Source: Saprospiraceae bacterium
GTDB lineage: Bacteria; Bacteroidota; Bacteroidia; Chitinophagales; Saprospiraceae
Assembly (NCBI GenBank): GCA_040007895.1
Contig: JBDTUE010000001.1
Location: forward strand, 888-64,887
Direction of reading: 5' to 3'
Length of the DNA: 64,000 nucleotides
This document shows positions 50,741-60,032 of the stretch, piece after piece. The notes under the pieces were generated by a model. The model was not told where the DNA came from. It saw only the letters and a program-made list of their open reading frames with translations, and did not search any database. The position numbers and the translations under genes are program-made. Position 1 is the stretch's first letter. The number at the start of each line of letters is the position of its first letter.

Positions 50741-50907
50741 TTATGGCGGCAGCATAACTTTTTTTTCTCGATCGGGAGGGTAGGAATCTTCCTCTTTTAG
50801 GTTCTATTCAATCAAAAAAATTATTCAGATAGGCTGCTTCAAACTAAAAGTAAATTTATTTGTTTGAGACTTCGGTGCGACGAGTTTTTAAATGTATGTA
50901 ATTGGAT

Positions 50908-50915
50908 TAATTTTG
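50908..50915 (+). promoter_or_regulatory. Candidate -7 promoter box (TAATTTTG) for the mqn radical-SAM gene
   Basis: Exact TAnnTTTG match, with its final G 19 nt upstream of the ATG at 50934. Confidence 0.35.
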
Positions 50916-50933
50916 CAGTAAACAGAAAAAAGA

Positions 50934-52112
50934 ATGTTGGATTCAGCCATTGACTTATTGATTAGAAATAGCACGGAAGAATCACTCTGGGATAAAGTAC
51001 AATCCAGTATGAGACTGACCGATGAAGACGCTTTGTATTTGTATGAACAAGCTGATCTTGGATTTACTGCGGCCCTGGCGGATTGGAAACGTGAACAAAA
51101 ACACGGAAACAAAATTTATTTCAATAAAAACATTCACATTGAGCCTACTAATGTATGTATTTATACCTGCAAGTTTTGTTCTTATTCCAGGCTGATCAAA
51201 GAACGAAGTGAAGGTTGGGAATATACCAAAGATGATATGCTCAGAATACTGGCAGAGCATGTTCATAAAGGAATTACTGAAGTGCATATTGTCGGTGGAG
51301 TATTACCTCAGTATGATTTAAAATTTTATGTTGATTTATTTCAATCTATAAAACTTCTTTATCCTTATTTACATATCAAATCACTTACACCGGTTGAATT
51401 GTATTATATCATTAAGAAAGGAAAAGTAACTACGAAAGAAGGCTTATCCATGCTTAAAAATGCAGGTCTGGATTCTTTGCCGGGAGGGGGAGCAGAAATA
51501 TTTGATGAAGAAGTACGTGAAATTATTTGCGCTGATAAGTGTGGGACTGATGACTGGCTCAATATTCACAAGGAATGGCATGCCCTGGGTGGAAGATCAA
51601 ACGCTACGATGCTCTATGCTCATATCGAAAAATACCATCACCGCATAGATCATATGCGAAGACTTCGTGAACTGCAGGATGAAACAGGAGGATTTCAAAC
51701 ATTTATTCCTTTAAAATTCAGGAATAAGGATAATGAAATGTCTTATATCCGGGAGGGAACATCGCTGGAGGATATGAAAAATTATGCGGTGAGCCGACTG
51801 TACCTGGACAATTTTGATCACATTAAAAGTTACTGGCCCATGCTGGGAAGGGATATGGCTCAATTATCCTTAGCCTACGGTGTGGATGATCTGGATGGTA
51901 CTATCGATGATTCTACTAAAATATATTCAATGGCAGGTTCAGAAGAGCAGAATCCGGCTATGACTACTGAAGATTTAGTGGAACTTATTCAAAAAGTTGG
52001 CAAAACTCCGGTAGAGCGTGATACCCTGTATAATATTATTCATCAATATACTGAACCATTAAAGACCAGCAGAATCAAAACCTATTTTTCATTACCAGTG
52101 ATTAATAATTGA
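50934..52112 (+). CDS. Radical SAM enzyme of the futalosine menaquinone pathway (MqnE/MqnC, CofH-like family)
   Basis: NVCIYTCKFCSY is a CxxxCxxC motif. 392 aa, and the stop codon overlaps the mqnA start by 4 nt. I cannot separate MqnE from MqnC by eye. Confidence 0.75.
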   Translation: MLDSAIDLLIRNSTEESLWDKVQSSMRLTDEDALYLYEQADLGFTAALADWKREQKHGNKIYFNKNIHIEPTNVCIYTCKFCSYSRLIKERSEGWEYTKDDMLRILAEHVHKGITEVHIVGGVLPQYDLKFYVDLFQSIKLLYPYLHIKSLTPVELYYIIKKGKVTTKEGLSMLKNAGLDSLPGGGAEIFDEEVREIICADKCGTDDWLNIHKEWHALGGRSNATMLYAHIEKYHHRIDHMRRLRELQDETGGFQTFIPLKFRNKDNEMSYIREGTSLEDMKNYAVSRLYLDNFDHIKSYWPMLGRDMAQLSLAYGVDDLDGTIDDSTKIYSMAGSEEQNPAMTTEDLVELIQKVGKTPVERDTLYNIIHQYTEPLKTSRIKTYFSLPVINN

Positions 52113-52903
52113 TGAGCCAGATGATTAAAGTGGCGATTGTCAACTATCTCAATACGACGCCTTTCATATATGGCCTTAAACATGGCCCGCTGAATGAAAA
52201 AATTCAACTCATCGAATGTATTCCAGCAGAGTGTGCATCATTATATCAAAGCGGGATGGTAGATCTATCTTTAGTTCCGGTGGGAGCTATGAATCAGGAT
52301 CTTGATCACCGGATCAGTGATTTTGGTATTGCCAGTGATGGTCCTGTGGCAAGTGTCTGTATCCTTTCAGAAGTCCCCCTTGATAAGATCACGTCAGTAT
52401 ATCTTGACTATCAGTCCAGGACTTCTATTTTACTGGCAAGATTATTATTCAACAAATTCTGGAAATTAAATCCGGTTTTTTTGAATGCTGAGGCGGGATA
52501 TGAAACAGATATTAAAGGTAATAAAGCCGGAGTAGTAATTGGTGATCGTGCTCTTGCCCTTAAATCCAGGTATGCCTACGTTTTTGATCTAGGCCAGGCA
52601 TGGAAAGAATACACCGCTTTGCCTTTTGTGTATGCAGTTTGGCTGCAAACCACAATTCTTTCTTCGGAATTCATTGAGCTTTTTAATCAGTCACTCGCAT
52701 TTGGCGTGAATAGTATTTCAGCTATTCTAAAAGATCATACCCCAACTCAGCAAGAAATGCTGTCAAAGTATTTCAGTGAAAATATCCGTTATCTATTAAC
52801 ACCTGACTACGATCAGGGGCTTGATCGATTTTTATCTGAATCCCGGATTTATACTAAGCAAATGAATGCTGAACCGGAAAGAGCTAATAAGGAATCAGTT
52901 TAA
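52109..52903 (+). CDS. mqnA: Chorismate dehydratase (futalosine pathway MqnA)
   Basis: IKVAIVNYLNTTPFIYGL N-terminus, VVIGDRAL and LPFVYAVW motifs typical of MqnA (VitK2_biosynth fold). Confidence 0.8.
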   Translation: MMSQMIKVAIVNYLNTTPFIYGLKHGPLNEKIQLIECIPAECASLYQSGMVDLSLVPVGAMNQDLDHRISDFGIASDGPVASVCILSEVPLDKITSVYLDYQSRTSILLARLLFNKFWKLNPVFLNAEAGYETDIKGNKAGVVIGDRALALKSRYAYVFDLGQAWKEYTALPFVYAVWLQTTILSSEFIELFNQSLAFGVNSISAILKDHTPTQQEMLSKYFSENIRYLLTPDYDQGLDRFLSESRIYTKQMNAEPERANKESV

Positions 52904-52954
52904 ATTATTTCCTATTTTCCAACAGTCTTAGCATTCCTTATTTTTTTTGACCGA

Positions 52955-53608
52955 TTAATAATTTTTTCGATCAAATCTCCATCCAAGTCTGGCACTAAGA
53001 AACAACCCGGTATATAAATCAATATTATCCGATCCCGTACTGGTAAAAATTTTACTCCAGTCGAGTGATTGCGAAAATTGGTAATTCATAGAAGGAGACA
53101 GTGTAAGCAAATCGGATATCCCAAGGTCTATCCCCAATCCCAGTCTGCCAAAGTATACATTTTGCGAAGTAGTGACAGCGACTGCGCTATTGGAAAGTGT
53201 ACTATGGGCTAAGCCAGGAGTAAGATTTACAAAAAATCCTTTTTTGAAGAATTGCCCTTGTTTGGAAAAAGTAGGGCACATACAATCATTATTAAAATCA
53301 AATGGATAAAACTGGAACACAGGAGCTAACTCAATGACTGTCCAGTTTAGTTTCCCCACTTTTTCATTGTTGATGGAGACACTTTCGTGTGCATATAAAG
53401 CATGAATAGCAGGTAAAAATTCAAGCCTGTACTTTTTCAACCTAAACCAATAATCAATGCCTGCTCCGACGAGCGTAGGAAAAAGTTTGGTGTTACTGGT
53501 AGCTTCCGCAATGCGGTTCTTAGGCCATGCATTAACTACTTTAACTCCAACCTGAGCAGTTGATGGGAACCAGGATAAAATTAAAAATAAACAAAAGTAT
53601 TTGTACAT
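52955..53608 (-). CDS. Hypothetical outer-membrane beta-barrel protein
   Basis: Signal peptide (MYKYFCLFLILSWFPSTAQ), alternating hydrophobic strands and a C-terminal ...RLGWRFDRKNY. ATG at 53608 is preferred over TTG at 53617. Confidence 0.5.
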   Translation of the reverse strand: MYKYFCLFLILSWFPSTAQVGVKVVNAWPKNRIAEATSNTKLFPTLVGAGIDYWFRLKKYRLEFLPAIHALYAHESVSINNEKVGKLNWTVIELAPVFQFYPFDFNNDCMCPTFSKQGQFFKKGFFVNLTPGLAHSTLSNSAVAVTTSQNVYFGRLGLGIDLGISDLLTLSPSMNYQFSQSLDWSKIFTSTGSDNIDLYTGLFLSARLGWRFDRKNY

Positions 53609-53662
53609 AAGTGTCAATGATTTAACGCCAAAAAAAGATCCTGAATTGCATAGCTTAAGCCT

Positions 53663-53670
53663 TACTTTTG
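53663..53670 (+). promoter_or_regulatory. Candidate -7 promoter box (TACTTTTG) for rimO
   Basis: Exact TAnnTTTG match, with its final G 21 nt upstream of an in-frame GTG at 53691. Confidence 0.3.
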
Positions 53671-53690
53671 CACTAAATTATTACAAGATA

Positions 53691-55004
53691 GTGAGATCAA
53701 AGGGGCTTCAGCAAAATAAGGTGCATGTCATTACACTCGGATGTTCAAAAAATACCGTGGACAGTGAAAACCTAATTACTCAGCTAAAGCATAATAAGTT
53801 TGAAGTGGATCATGATGCATCTAAATCTTCAGCGAGTATTGTCATTATTAATACCTGTGGATTTATTGAAATGGCAAAAAAAGAATCCATCGATACGATC
53901 TTACAATATGCGGAGGCTAAGAATGACGGCAAGGTTGATCGCCTCCTGGTTACAGGCTGTCTTTCACAACGGTATCAGAATGATTTAAAGACGGAGATTC
54001 CGGAGGTAGACGGTTGGTTTGGAACTATGGATATGCCTTCTTTGCTGGCATCCCTGAAAGCTGATTACAAAAAAGAATTGATCGGAGAACGGTTAATCAC
54101 AACGCCTTCTCATTTTGCATATATCAAGATCTCCGAAGGATGCAACAGGACCTGTAGTTTTTGTGCTATTCCATTGATGCGGGGCAAACATGTAAGTCGT
54201 ACCATTGAATCTTTAGTACAGGAAGCAACTTTTCTTGCAGACCGTGGAGTTAAAGAGCTCATGTTGATAGCGCAGGAATTGACTTATTATGGATTGGATA
54301 TTTATAAAAAAAGAATGTTGCCGGAATTATTAAATGCATTAAATAATGTACCCGGTATAGAATGGATCAGACTTCACTATGCTTATCCGAGTAAATTTCC
54401 ATTAGCTATCCTCGATGCGATGGTTGATAATCCTAAAGTTTGTAAATACCTGGATTTACCACTGCAACATGCGAGTGACAGAATGCTTTTTGCAATGAAA
54501 CGTCAAATAACTAAAGCTGAAACGGAAGAGTTAATAAATGCAATCCGGCTAAAAATTCCTGATATCACATTAAGGACGACTATGTTAGTAGGATTTCCGG
54601 GCGAAACGGAAGAGGATTTCAGGGAACTATGTGATTTTGTTATACAACACAGGTTCGATCGATTAGGAGTGTTTACATATTCCCATGAGGAAGATACGTC
54701 TGCATTTAATCTTACCGATGATGTGCCTGCCTCAGTCAAAATACAGCGCCAAAACAAACTGATGGAAATCCAACGTGAAATCTCCGCAGATAAAAATCAA
54801 TCCCACCTTGGATCAACATACAAAGTGATTATAGACCGAAAAGAAAAAACAGGTTGGGTTGGTCGCTCACAATCCGATAGTCCGGAAGTGGATCAGGAAA
54901 TTCATATACTAGATCCGAAAGCGAAATTACATGCTGGCCAATTCGTTCAGGTCATGATCGATGAGGCAGAAGATTACGATCTCATTGGTCATCTTATTCT
55001 ATAA
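53691..55004 (+). CDS. rimO: Ribosomal protein S12 methylthiotransferase
   Basis: VHVITLGCSKNTVDSE (UPF0004 domain), ISEGCNRTCSFCAIP radical-SAM cluster and a TRAM C-terminus. There is no ATG upstream of the conserved N-terminus. GTG at 53691 is proposed, and the track's TTG at 53601 would overlap the divergent gene. Confidence 0.85.
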   Translation: MRSKGLQQNKVHVITLGCSKNTVDSENLITQLKHNKFEVDHDASKSSASIVIINTCGFIEMAKKESIDTILQYAEAKNDGKVDRLLVTGCLSQRYQNDLKTEIPEVDGWFGTMDMPSLLASLKADYKKELIGERLITTPSHFAYIKISEGCNRTCSFCAIPLMRGKHVSRTIESLVQEATFLADRGVKELMLIAQELTYYGLDIYKKRMLPELLNALNNVPGIEWIRLHYAYPSKFPLAILDAMVDNPKVCKYLDLPLQHASDRMLFAMKRQITKAETEELINAIRLKIPDITLRTTMLVGFPGETEEDFRELCDFVIQHRFDRLGVFTYSHEEDTSAFNLTDDVPASVKIQRQNKLMEIQREISADKNQSHLGSTYKVIIDRKEKTGWVGRSQSDSPEVDQEIHILDPKAKLHAGQFVQVMIDEAEDYDLIGHLIL

Positions 55005-55006
55005 AA

Positions 55007-55462
55007 ATGAATCTGTCTACTTCATTATTAGATAAAATCAAAAACCCATTTATTCAGGCTATAATCGTATTGATTTTGTTTTTGTTAGCCAATGGAGTAG
55101 TGGGATTATTAAATGCGAATGGATTTGAAGCCGAAGAAAGACTGCCATGGACCTTGGCGATTGCTTTCCTGTTATTATTCATGGTGTACAATGCGGTGAT
55201 AGGATTATTGTCGAATAAAATAAAACGATATTGGCTGTATTCTATTTATTCCTTTGCAGGGCTTATGTTTACCAGTGCTTTTTTTGCACAAAAAATATCG
55301 GGAATCGTGATGGATGAAGCAGGTTCTTATCGATGGTTGTTTTTCGTTTTTTGCCCGGTTTATTTATTTTTTATAGTAATGGTTTCATTAATTAAAAAAA
55401 TAGTTGAAATGGCAGAAAAAGACGATACCCGGTTTGATAAATCCAATCACAACCTGAATTAA
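55007..55462 (+). CDS. Hypothetical membrane protein (about 4 TM helices)
   Basis: 151-aa ORF starting 2 nt after the rimO stop codon, with four hydrophobic segments. Confidence 0.55.
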   Translation: MNLSTSLLDKIKNPFIQAIIVLILFLLANGVVGLLNANGFEAEERLPWTLAIAFLLLFMVYNAVIGLLSNKIKRYWLYSIYSFAGLMFTSAFFAQKISGIVMDEAGSYRWLFFVFCPVYLFFIVMVSLIKKIVEMAEKDDTRFDKSNHNLN

Positions 55463-55477
55463 ACAGAGCATTTGGGT

Positions 55478-56245
55478 ATGAAACACTTTATATTGATTTT
55501 CTTTTGCTTAAGTTCTATGCTGTTATCTGGTCAATCCGGTTATACAGGTAATTTTCAGGGTGTATTAAATGGAGATCCCACCCTCATCACATTAAAAGTA
55601 ATGGACAACAAAGTCACGGGACTCTATAAGGAAACCCAAAATACCTATGATATCACCGGAGAAATAAGAAATGATTTGTTGTATGGCAAAATCATATTAC
55701 CTGCTAATCAATTATTATTAGGAACCTTTGAAGCGGGATTAATTCCAACCGGGATACATATGGATATCACCTTACTTGAGGTGACGCAGGTGGCAGTTGA
55801 TTTTATTCGTATGGCTTCTAACATAAATACTAATTCAAACTCAAGCTCAAATACAAATTCAAATTCAAACTCTAATGGAGTTTCGTCCAACGCAGATAAT
55901 TATTCGAGAGATCCTAAAGTAGTAGGTAATTGGATAAAAGAGGAAATCATCAATTCAGGTGCCGGGACTAATGCAGCGGGATTTGCCCTGGTGTATTACT
56001 TAAAGTTTAATCCGGATGGTTCTTTTAGCCAGGAGAAGGGAAGTAGTGCAGGAGGTTCCAATTGGAGTGCAGGTTCCCAAAGAGAAACTGATGTTTCAGG
56101 GCAATGGTATACGAAAGAACAAATAATGTTTGTCCGTCCTCAGGGCCAAAAGGAATTTGTGAGATTGAATCAATATCTTTTTCATGAAGGTCACCTGGTA
56201 TTCAAAACTCCTGAAGGAAAATATTTAATCTGGAATAGAAATTAA
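55478..56245 (+). CDS. Hypothetical secreted protein with an internal (N-S/T)n linker
   Basis: Signal peptide (MKHFILIFFCLSSMLLSGQ) and two domains separated by NTNSNSSSNTNSNSNSN. ATG at 55478 is preferred over TTG at 55472. Confidence 0.55.
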   Translation: MKHFILIFFCLSSMLLSGQSGYTGNFQGVLNGDPTLITLKVMDNKVTGLYKETQNTYDITGEIRNDLLYGKIILPANQLLLGTFEAGLIPTGIHMDITLLEVTQVAVDFIRMASNINTNSNSSSNTNSNSNSNGVSSNADNYSRDPKVVGNWIKEEIINSGAGTNAAGFALVYYLKFNPDGSFSQEKGSSAGGSNWSAGSQRETDVSGQWYTKEQIMFVRPQGQKEFVRLNQYLFHEGHLVFKTPEGKYLIWNRN

Positions 56246-56268
56246 ATATCGTAAACCAGGTAGTAGTT

Positions 56269-57459
56269 TTATTGAATTACTTTTAATTCTTTACCAACTT
56301 TAGTAAATGCAGCTACCGCTTTTTCGAGATGGCTTTGATCATGAGCTGCAGAGATTTGAACCCTGATCCTTGCTTTTCCTTTAGGTACTACCGGAAAGAA
56401 AAATCCGATTACATAAATCCCTTGTTTTAATAATTTAGCTGCGAATTCCTGGGCGACACTTGCTTCATACAACATGATCGGTACTATGGGATGAGTACCC
56501 GCCAGTATATCAAAACCGGCAGCAGTCATTTCTTTTCTGAAATATTGGGTATTGTGTTCTAATTTATCCCGTAAAGCGGTTGATTGGCTTAATAAATCCA
56601 ATACCCGGATCGAGGCTCCGGTGATAGCCGGAGCTAACGTATTAGAAAACAAATAAGGCCTCGATCGTTGCCGTAATATTTCTATGATTTCAGTTTTAGC
56701 CGCGGTAAAACCACCACTCGCGCCACCAAGTGCTTTACCAAAAGTTCCGGTGATGATGTCAATGCGACCCATCACATTTCTATATTCATGTGTACCCCGT
56801 CCTGATTTACCTAAAAAACCGGTGGCATGACATTCATCAATCATCACCATGGCTCCATACTGATCAGACAGATTACATATGACATCGAGTTGTGCAATAG
56901 TGCCATCCATTGAAAATGCTCCATCCGTTACTATGAGTTTTCTTCGGTATGCTGTGGCAGATTTTAATTGTTCCTCCAGGTCATTCATGTCATTGTGTTT
57001 GTACCGGAGGCGATTTGCTTTACAAAGCCTTACACCATCGATGATACTGGCATGATTTAATTCATCAGAAATAATGACATCCTGTTCATTGAGTAGTGGT
57101 TCGAAAATTCCTCCATTGGCATCAAAGGCAGCCGCATATAAAATTGCATCTTCCTGTCCAAGGAATGAAGCGATCTTTTGTTCCAGTGTTTTATGAATGT
57201 CCTGGGTACCACAAATAAACCGCACAGAAGACATTCCATACCCATGAGTATCGATGGTTTCTTTTGCAGCCTTAATGACTTCGGGATGACTTGAAAGCCC
57301 TAAATAATTGTTTGCGCAAAAGTTGATTACTTCGCCTGCTTCTTTAGTTTTAATCAAAGCCCCCTGAGGACTGGTGATGATGCGTTCTTTTTTATAAAGA
57401 TTGTTAGTCTGGAGTTGTTGAAGTTCAGATTGGAGGTCAGCTATAATTTGTTTATCCAT
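56269..57459 (-). CDS. kbl: Glycine C-acetyltransferase (2-amino-3-ketobutyrate CoA ligase)
   Basis: FCANNYLGLSSHPEV, SVRFICGTQ, IDECHATGFLG and GTFGKALGG (PLP lysine), 396 aa. Confidence 0.9.
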   Translation of the reverse strand: MDKQIIADLQSELQQLQTNNLYKKERIITSPQGALIKTKEAGEVINFCANNYLGLSSHPEVIKAAKETIDTHGYGMSSVRFICGTQDIHKTLEQKIASFLGQEDAILYAAAFDANGGIFEPLLNEQDVIISDELNHASIIDGVRLCKANRLRYKHNDMNDLEEQLKSATAYRRKLIVTDGAFSMDGTIAQLDVICNLSDQYGAMVMIDECHATGFLGKSGRGTHEYRNVMGRIDIITGTFGKALGGASGGFTAAKTEIIEILRQRSRPYLFSNTLAPAITGASIRVLDLLSQSTALRDKLEHNTQYFRKEMTAAGFDILAGTHPIVPIMLYEASVAQEFAAKLLKQGIYVIGFFFPVVPKGKARIRVQISAAHDQSHLEKAVAAFTKVGKELKVIQ

Positions 57460-57517
57460 GATAGAACAGGTTATTAATTAAAACTATATAAATCAGTAAG
57501 TATTTCTTTCATCAGGA

Positions 57518-59947
57518 TCACGATTTAGGTTTTTTACTTTTAGATCCGGGATACTTTACATTATTCTCCAGCCACGTATCCATCTCATATAACGTATGCA
57601 GTATATTTTCTTTAGCAGCATAACCATGACTTTCATAAGGCAGCATCACTAACCGGGCCGTACCTCCATTCCCTTTAATGGCATTATACAATCGTTCACT
57701 TTGGATAGGAAATGTTCCAGAGTTATTATCTGCTTCTCCATGAATCAACAAGAGCGGTTCATTGATTTTATCTGCATGCATAAAAGGCGACATATTATTA
57801 TACACGTCAGGTGCTTCCCAATACGATCGTTCTTCATTTTGAAAACCAAATGGGGTGAGTGTACGATTGTATGCACCGGATCTTGCAATACCGGCTTTAA
57901 ACAAGTCACAATGCGCAAGCAAATTAGCTGTCATAAATGCACCATACGAATGTCCACCGATTCCGATTCGATTTCGATCGCCTACACCTAATTCTACTAC
58001 TTTATTTACCGCAGCCTCTGCATTTTGGACTAATTGCTGTACATAGGTATCATTCGGTTCCGCATTTCCCACACCTACAATAGGCATTTCAGTTTGATCC
58101 ATTACTGCATATCCTCTTAATACCCAAAAAAGCGGAGATCCAGAACTCACTCTTGTAAACATATATTTTGAACCCCGAACTTGTGCCGCATCAGACGCTG
58201 ATTTAAATTCACGCGGATAAGCCCACATCATCACAGGCAACGGACCATCTTTAATTTTATCATATCCTTTTGGGGTGTATAATAATGCAGTTAGCTTTAT
58301 TCCATCGGCTCTCGTGTATTGGATTTTTTCTTTTTTGACTCCCTCTAATTGAGGTTGTGGGTTTGGGAAATTGGTAAGCGCGGTAGGGTTGAGGCCTTTA
58401 TAATTTCGAAGAAAATAATTTGGCTGATCAGTAAGCGATTCCCTGGATGTTATAAACGTACCGGCCAGGATATCTACTACCTGAATTGGATTTTCGTAAT
58501 ACGGCGCCAGGCACCTCCATAGTATATCCTGCTTTTTTGATTTAAAATCATATGAAGCGAGATAGGGCATATTGCCATCTTCCGATGCTCCCTGGCTTAT
58601 TGTATAGATTTTTGATTTATATTGATCGGTCAGGACCACAGATCGTTTATAATCATTTTTAGTCATGACCAGGTTGCCGGGATCTTTATAAGCATCATCA
58701 GAAGAAAAATCGAATAATGTGTCCGCTTTAAGTGCGGGAATCAAAGGATTAAATTTTTTAATCACGGTTTGACGAGTTCCAAACATTCCCTCTTCTGCAA
58801 TTGCCATCTGTTGATCGCACCAGGATATAGTCCGAAGTCTCAAACCTGATTTATATAGAGTTGCCGGATTGCCAGAAAATGGAGCCTCGAGTTGCAATAA
58901 TGCATCTCGTTCTGACATTGTTTTTTTGGGATCTCCGCCATCTAATGCCTGTATCCAGGTTACAGTGGAAGGCTGATCATCTCTCCACTGAAATCCTCTC
59001 GGATTCTTCGATGTAGCGTCAAATCCCTTAGGTCTGACTTCATCGATAGGATTATCCACTAAGACACGTATGGATTTACCATTGAGATCTAAAACTTCTA
59101 CCTGAGATGCAAACCTATAGTACGGGACTAAAAAGGAGAATGGTCTTTTTACCATCGATAATAAAAGATATCGATTATCAGGAGAGAGATCAAGACTGCT
59201 AATAATTCTATTCGTAGCTATTGGTTGATTTGTATTTTTTGAAATCTTTTCCAAATCACTGTTACAGTAAAATTCAAATTGTTTAGCATCATCACTATTT
59301 TTTAATAAATCCTGATAGGTAGCAGCAGGTGCTGCTACTCCTTCTGTCTCCTGAATCGTAGGACCTGATGGTATTGGATTAATGGTGGGTGGCATAGAAG
59401 ACTTCCTGACCGTTTTGGCTAAAATTGTTTCATCATCAATCCATGCATACGGATTACCCAAGGTCGAGTTGATCGTAGCTTTACTCCATCTTGTTGCTAC
59501 ACGCGAACTTAAATCTATAACCCATAGTTGATTGCCATCTTCTCCCTGGTGTACGAAAGAAGCTTTTTTCTCCGATGGTGAAAAACGGACAAACGATATT
59601 TTAGGATTGGCAGGTATGCCAGAGATGGAATATTCGGATCCGGACTTTGAATTTTTTAATTTAATAGAAATGATAAAAGGGACTCTGCTTTGAGCATAGG
59701 CTTTTGGATTGATACGTATTCCGCCAATTTTTAATTCGGGCTGTGCAAGATCGGCTATCTCTAAAAATGGATTGCGTTGTAATAAGAGCATCCAGTCAGC
59801 TTTTTGTGTGAACATAACTGCCGGAGTAGGTGGTGCTGTCACCAGGTCAAGAATGTCTTTGGGCGGAACCTGGTAGGTAGTCGCATCCTGAGCCATCCCT
59901 TTTAAGACAATAAATAGTATAATCAGAAAAAAATGAATTCGTTTCAT
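57518..59947 (-). CDS. S9-family serine peptidase (beta-propeller plus alpha/beta hydrolase), secreted
   Basis: 809 aa with a signal peptide. GIGGHSYGAFM nucleophile elbow and a HGEADNN...ESHGY catalytic tail. Confidence 0.85.
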   Translation of the reverse strand: MKRIHFFLIILFIVLKGMAQDATTYQVPPKDILDLVTAPPTPAVMFTQKADWMLLLQRNPFLEIADLAQPELKIGGIRINPKAYAQSRVPFIISIKLKNSKSGSEYSISGIPANPKISFVRFSPSEKKASFVHQGEDGNQLWVIDLSSRVATRWSKATINSTLGNPYAWIDDETILAKTVRKSSMPPTINPIPSGPTIQETEGVAAPAATYQDLLKNSDDAKQFEFYCNSDLEKISKNTNQPIATNRIISSLDLSPDNRYLLLSMVKRPFSFLVPYYRFASQVEVLDLNGKSIRVLVDNPIDEVRPKGFDATSKNPRGFQWRDDQPSTVTWIQALDGGDPKKTMSERDALLQLEAPFSGNPATLYKSGLRLRTISWCDQQMAIAEEGMFGTRQTVIKKFNPLIPALKADTLFDFSSDDAYKDPGNLVMTKNDYKRSVVLTDQYKSKIYTISQGASEDGNMPYLASYDFKSKKQDILWRCLAPYYENPIQVVDILAGTFITSRESLTDQPNYFLRNYKGLNPTALTNFPNPQPQLEGVKKEKIQYTRADGIKLTALLYTPKGYDKIKDGPLPVMMWAYPREFKSASDAAQVRGSKYMFTRVSSGSPLFWVLRGYAVMDQTEMPIVGVGNAEPNDTYVQQLVQNAEAAVNKVVELGVGDRNRIGIGGHSYGAFMTANLLAHCDLFKAGIARSGAYNRTLTPFGFQNEERSYWEAPDVYNNMSPFMHADKINEPLLLIHGEADNNSGTFPIQSERLYNAIKGNGGTARLVMLPYESHGYAAKENILHTLYEMDTWLENNVKYPGSKSKKPKS

Positions 59948-60032
59948 AAGTTTATTTTTATTAATTCAATTGGATGAATAAAAGAATATCAATGGCATTG
60001 GTATAATCACATTTAGTTGATTCAAATAGCAG

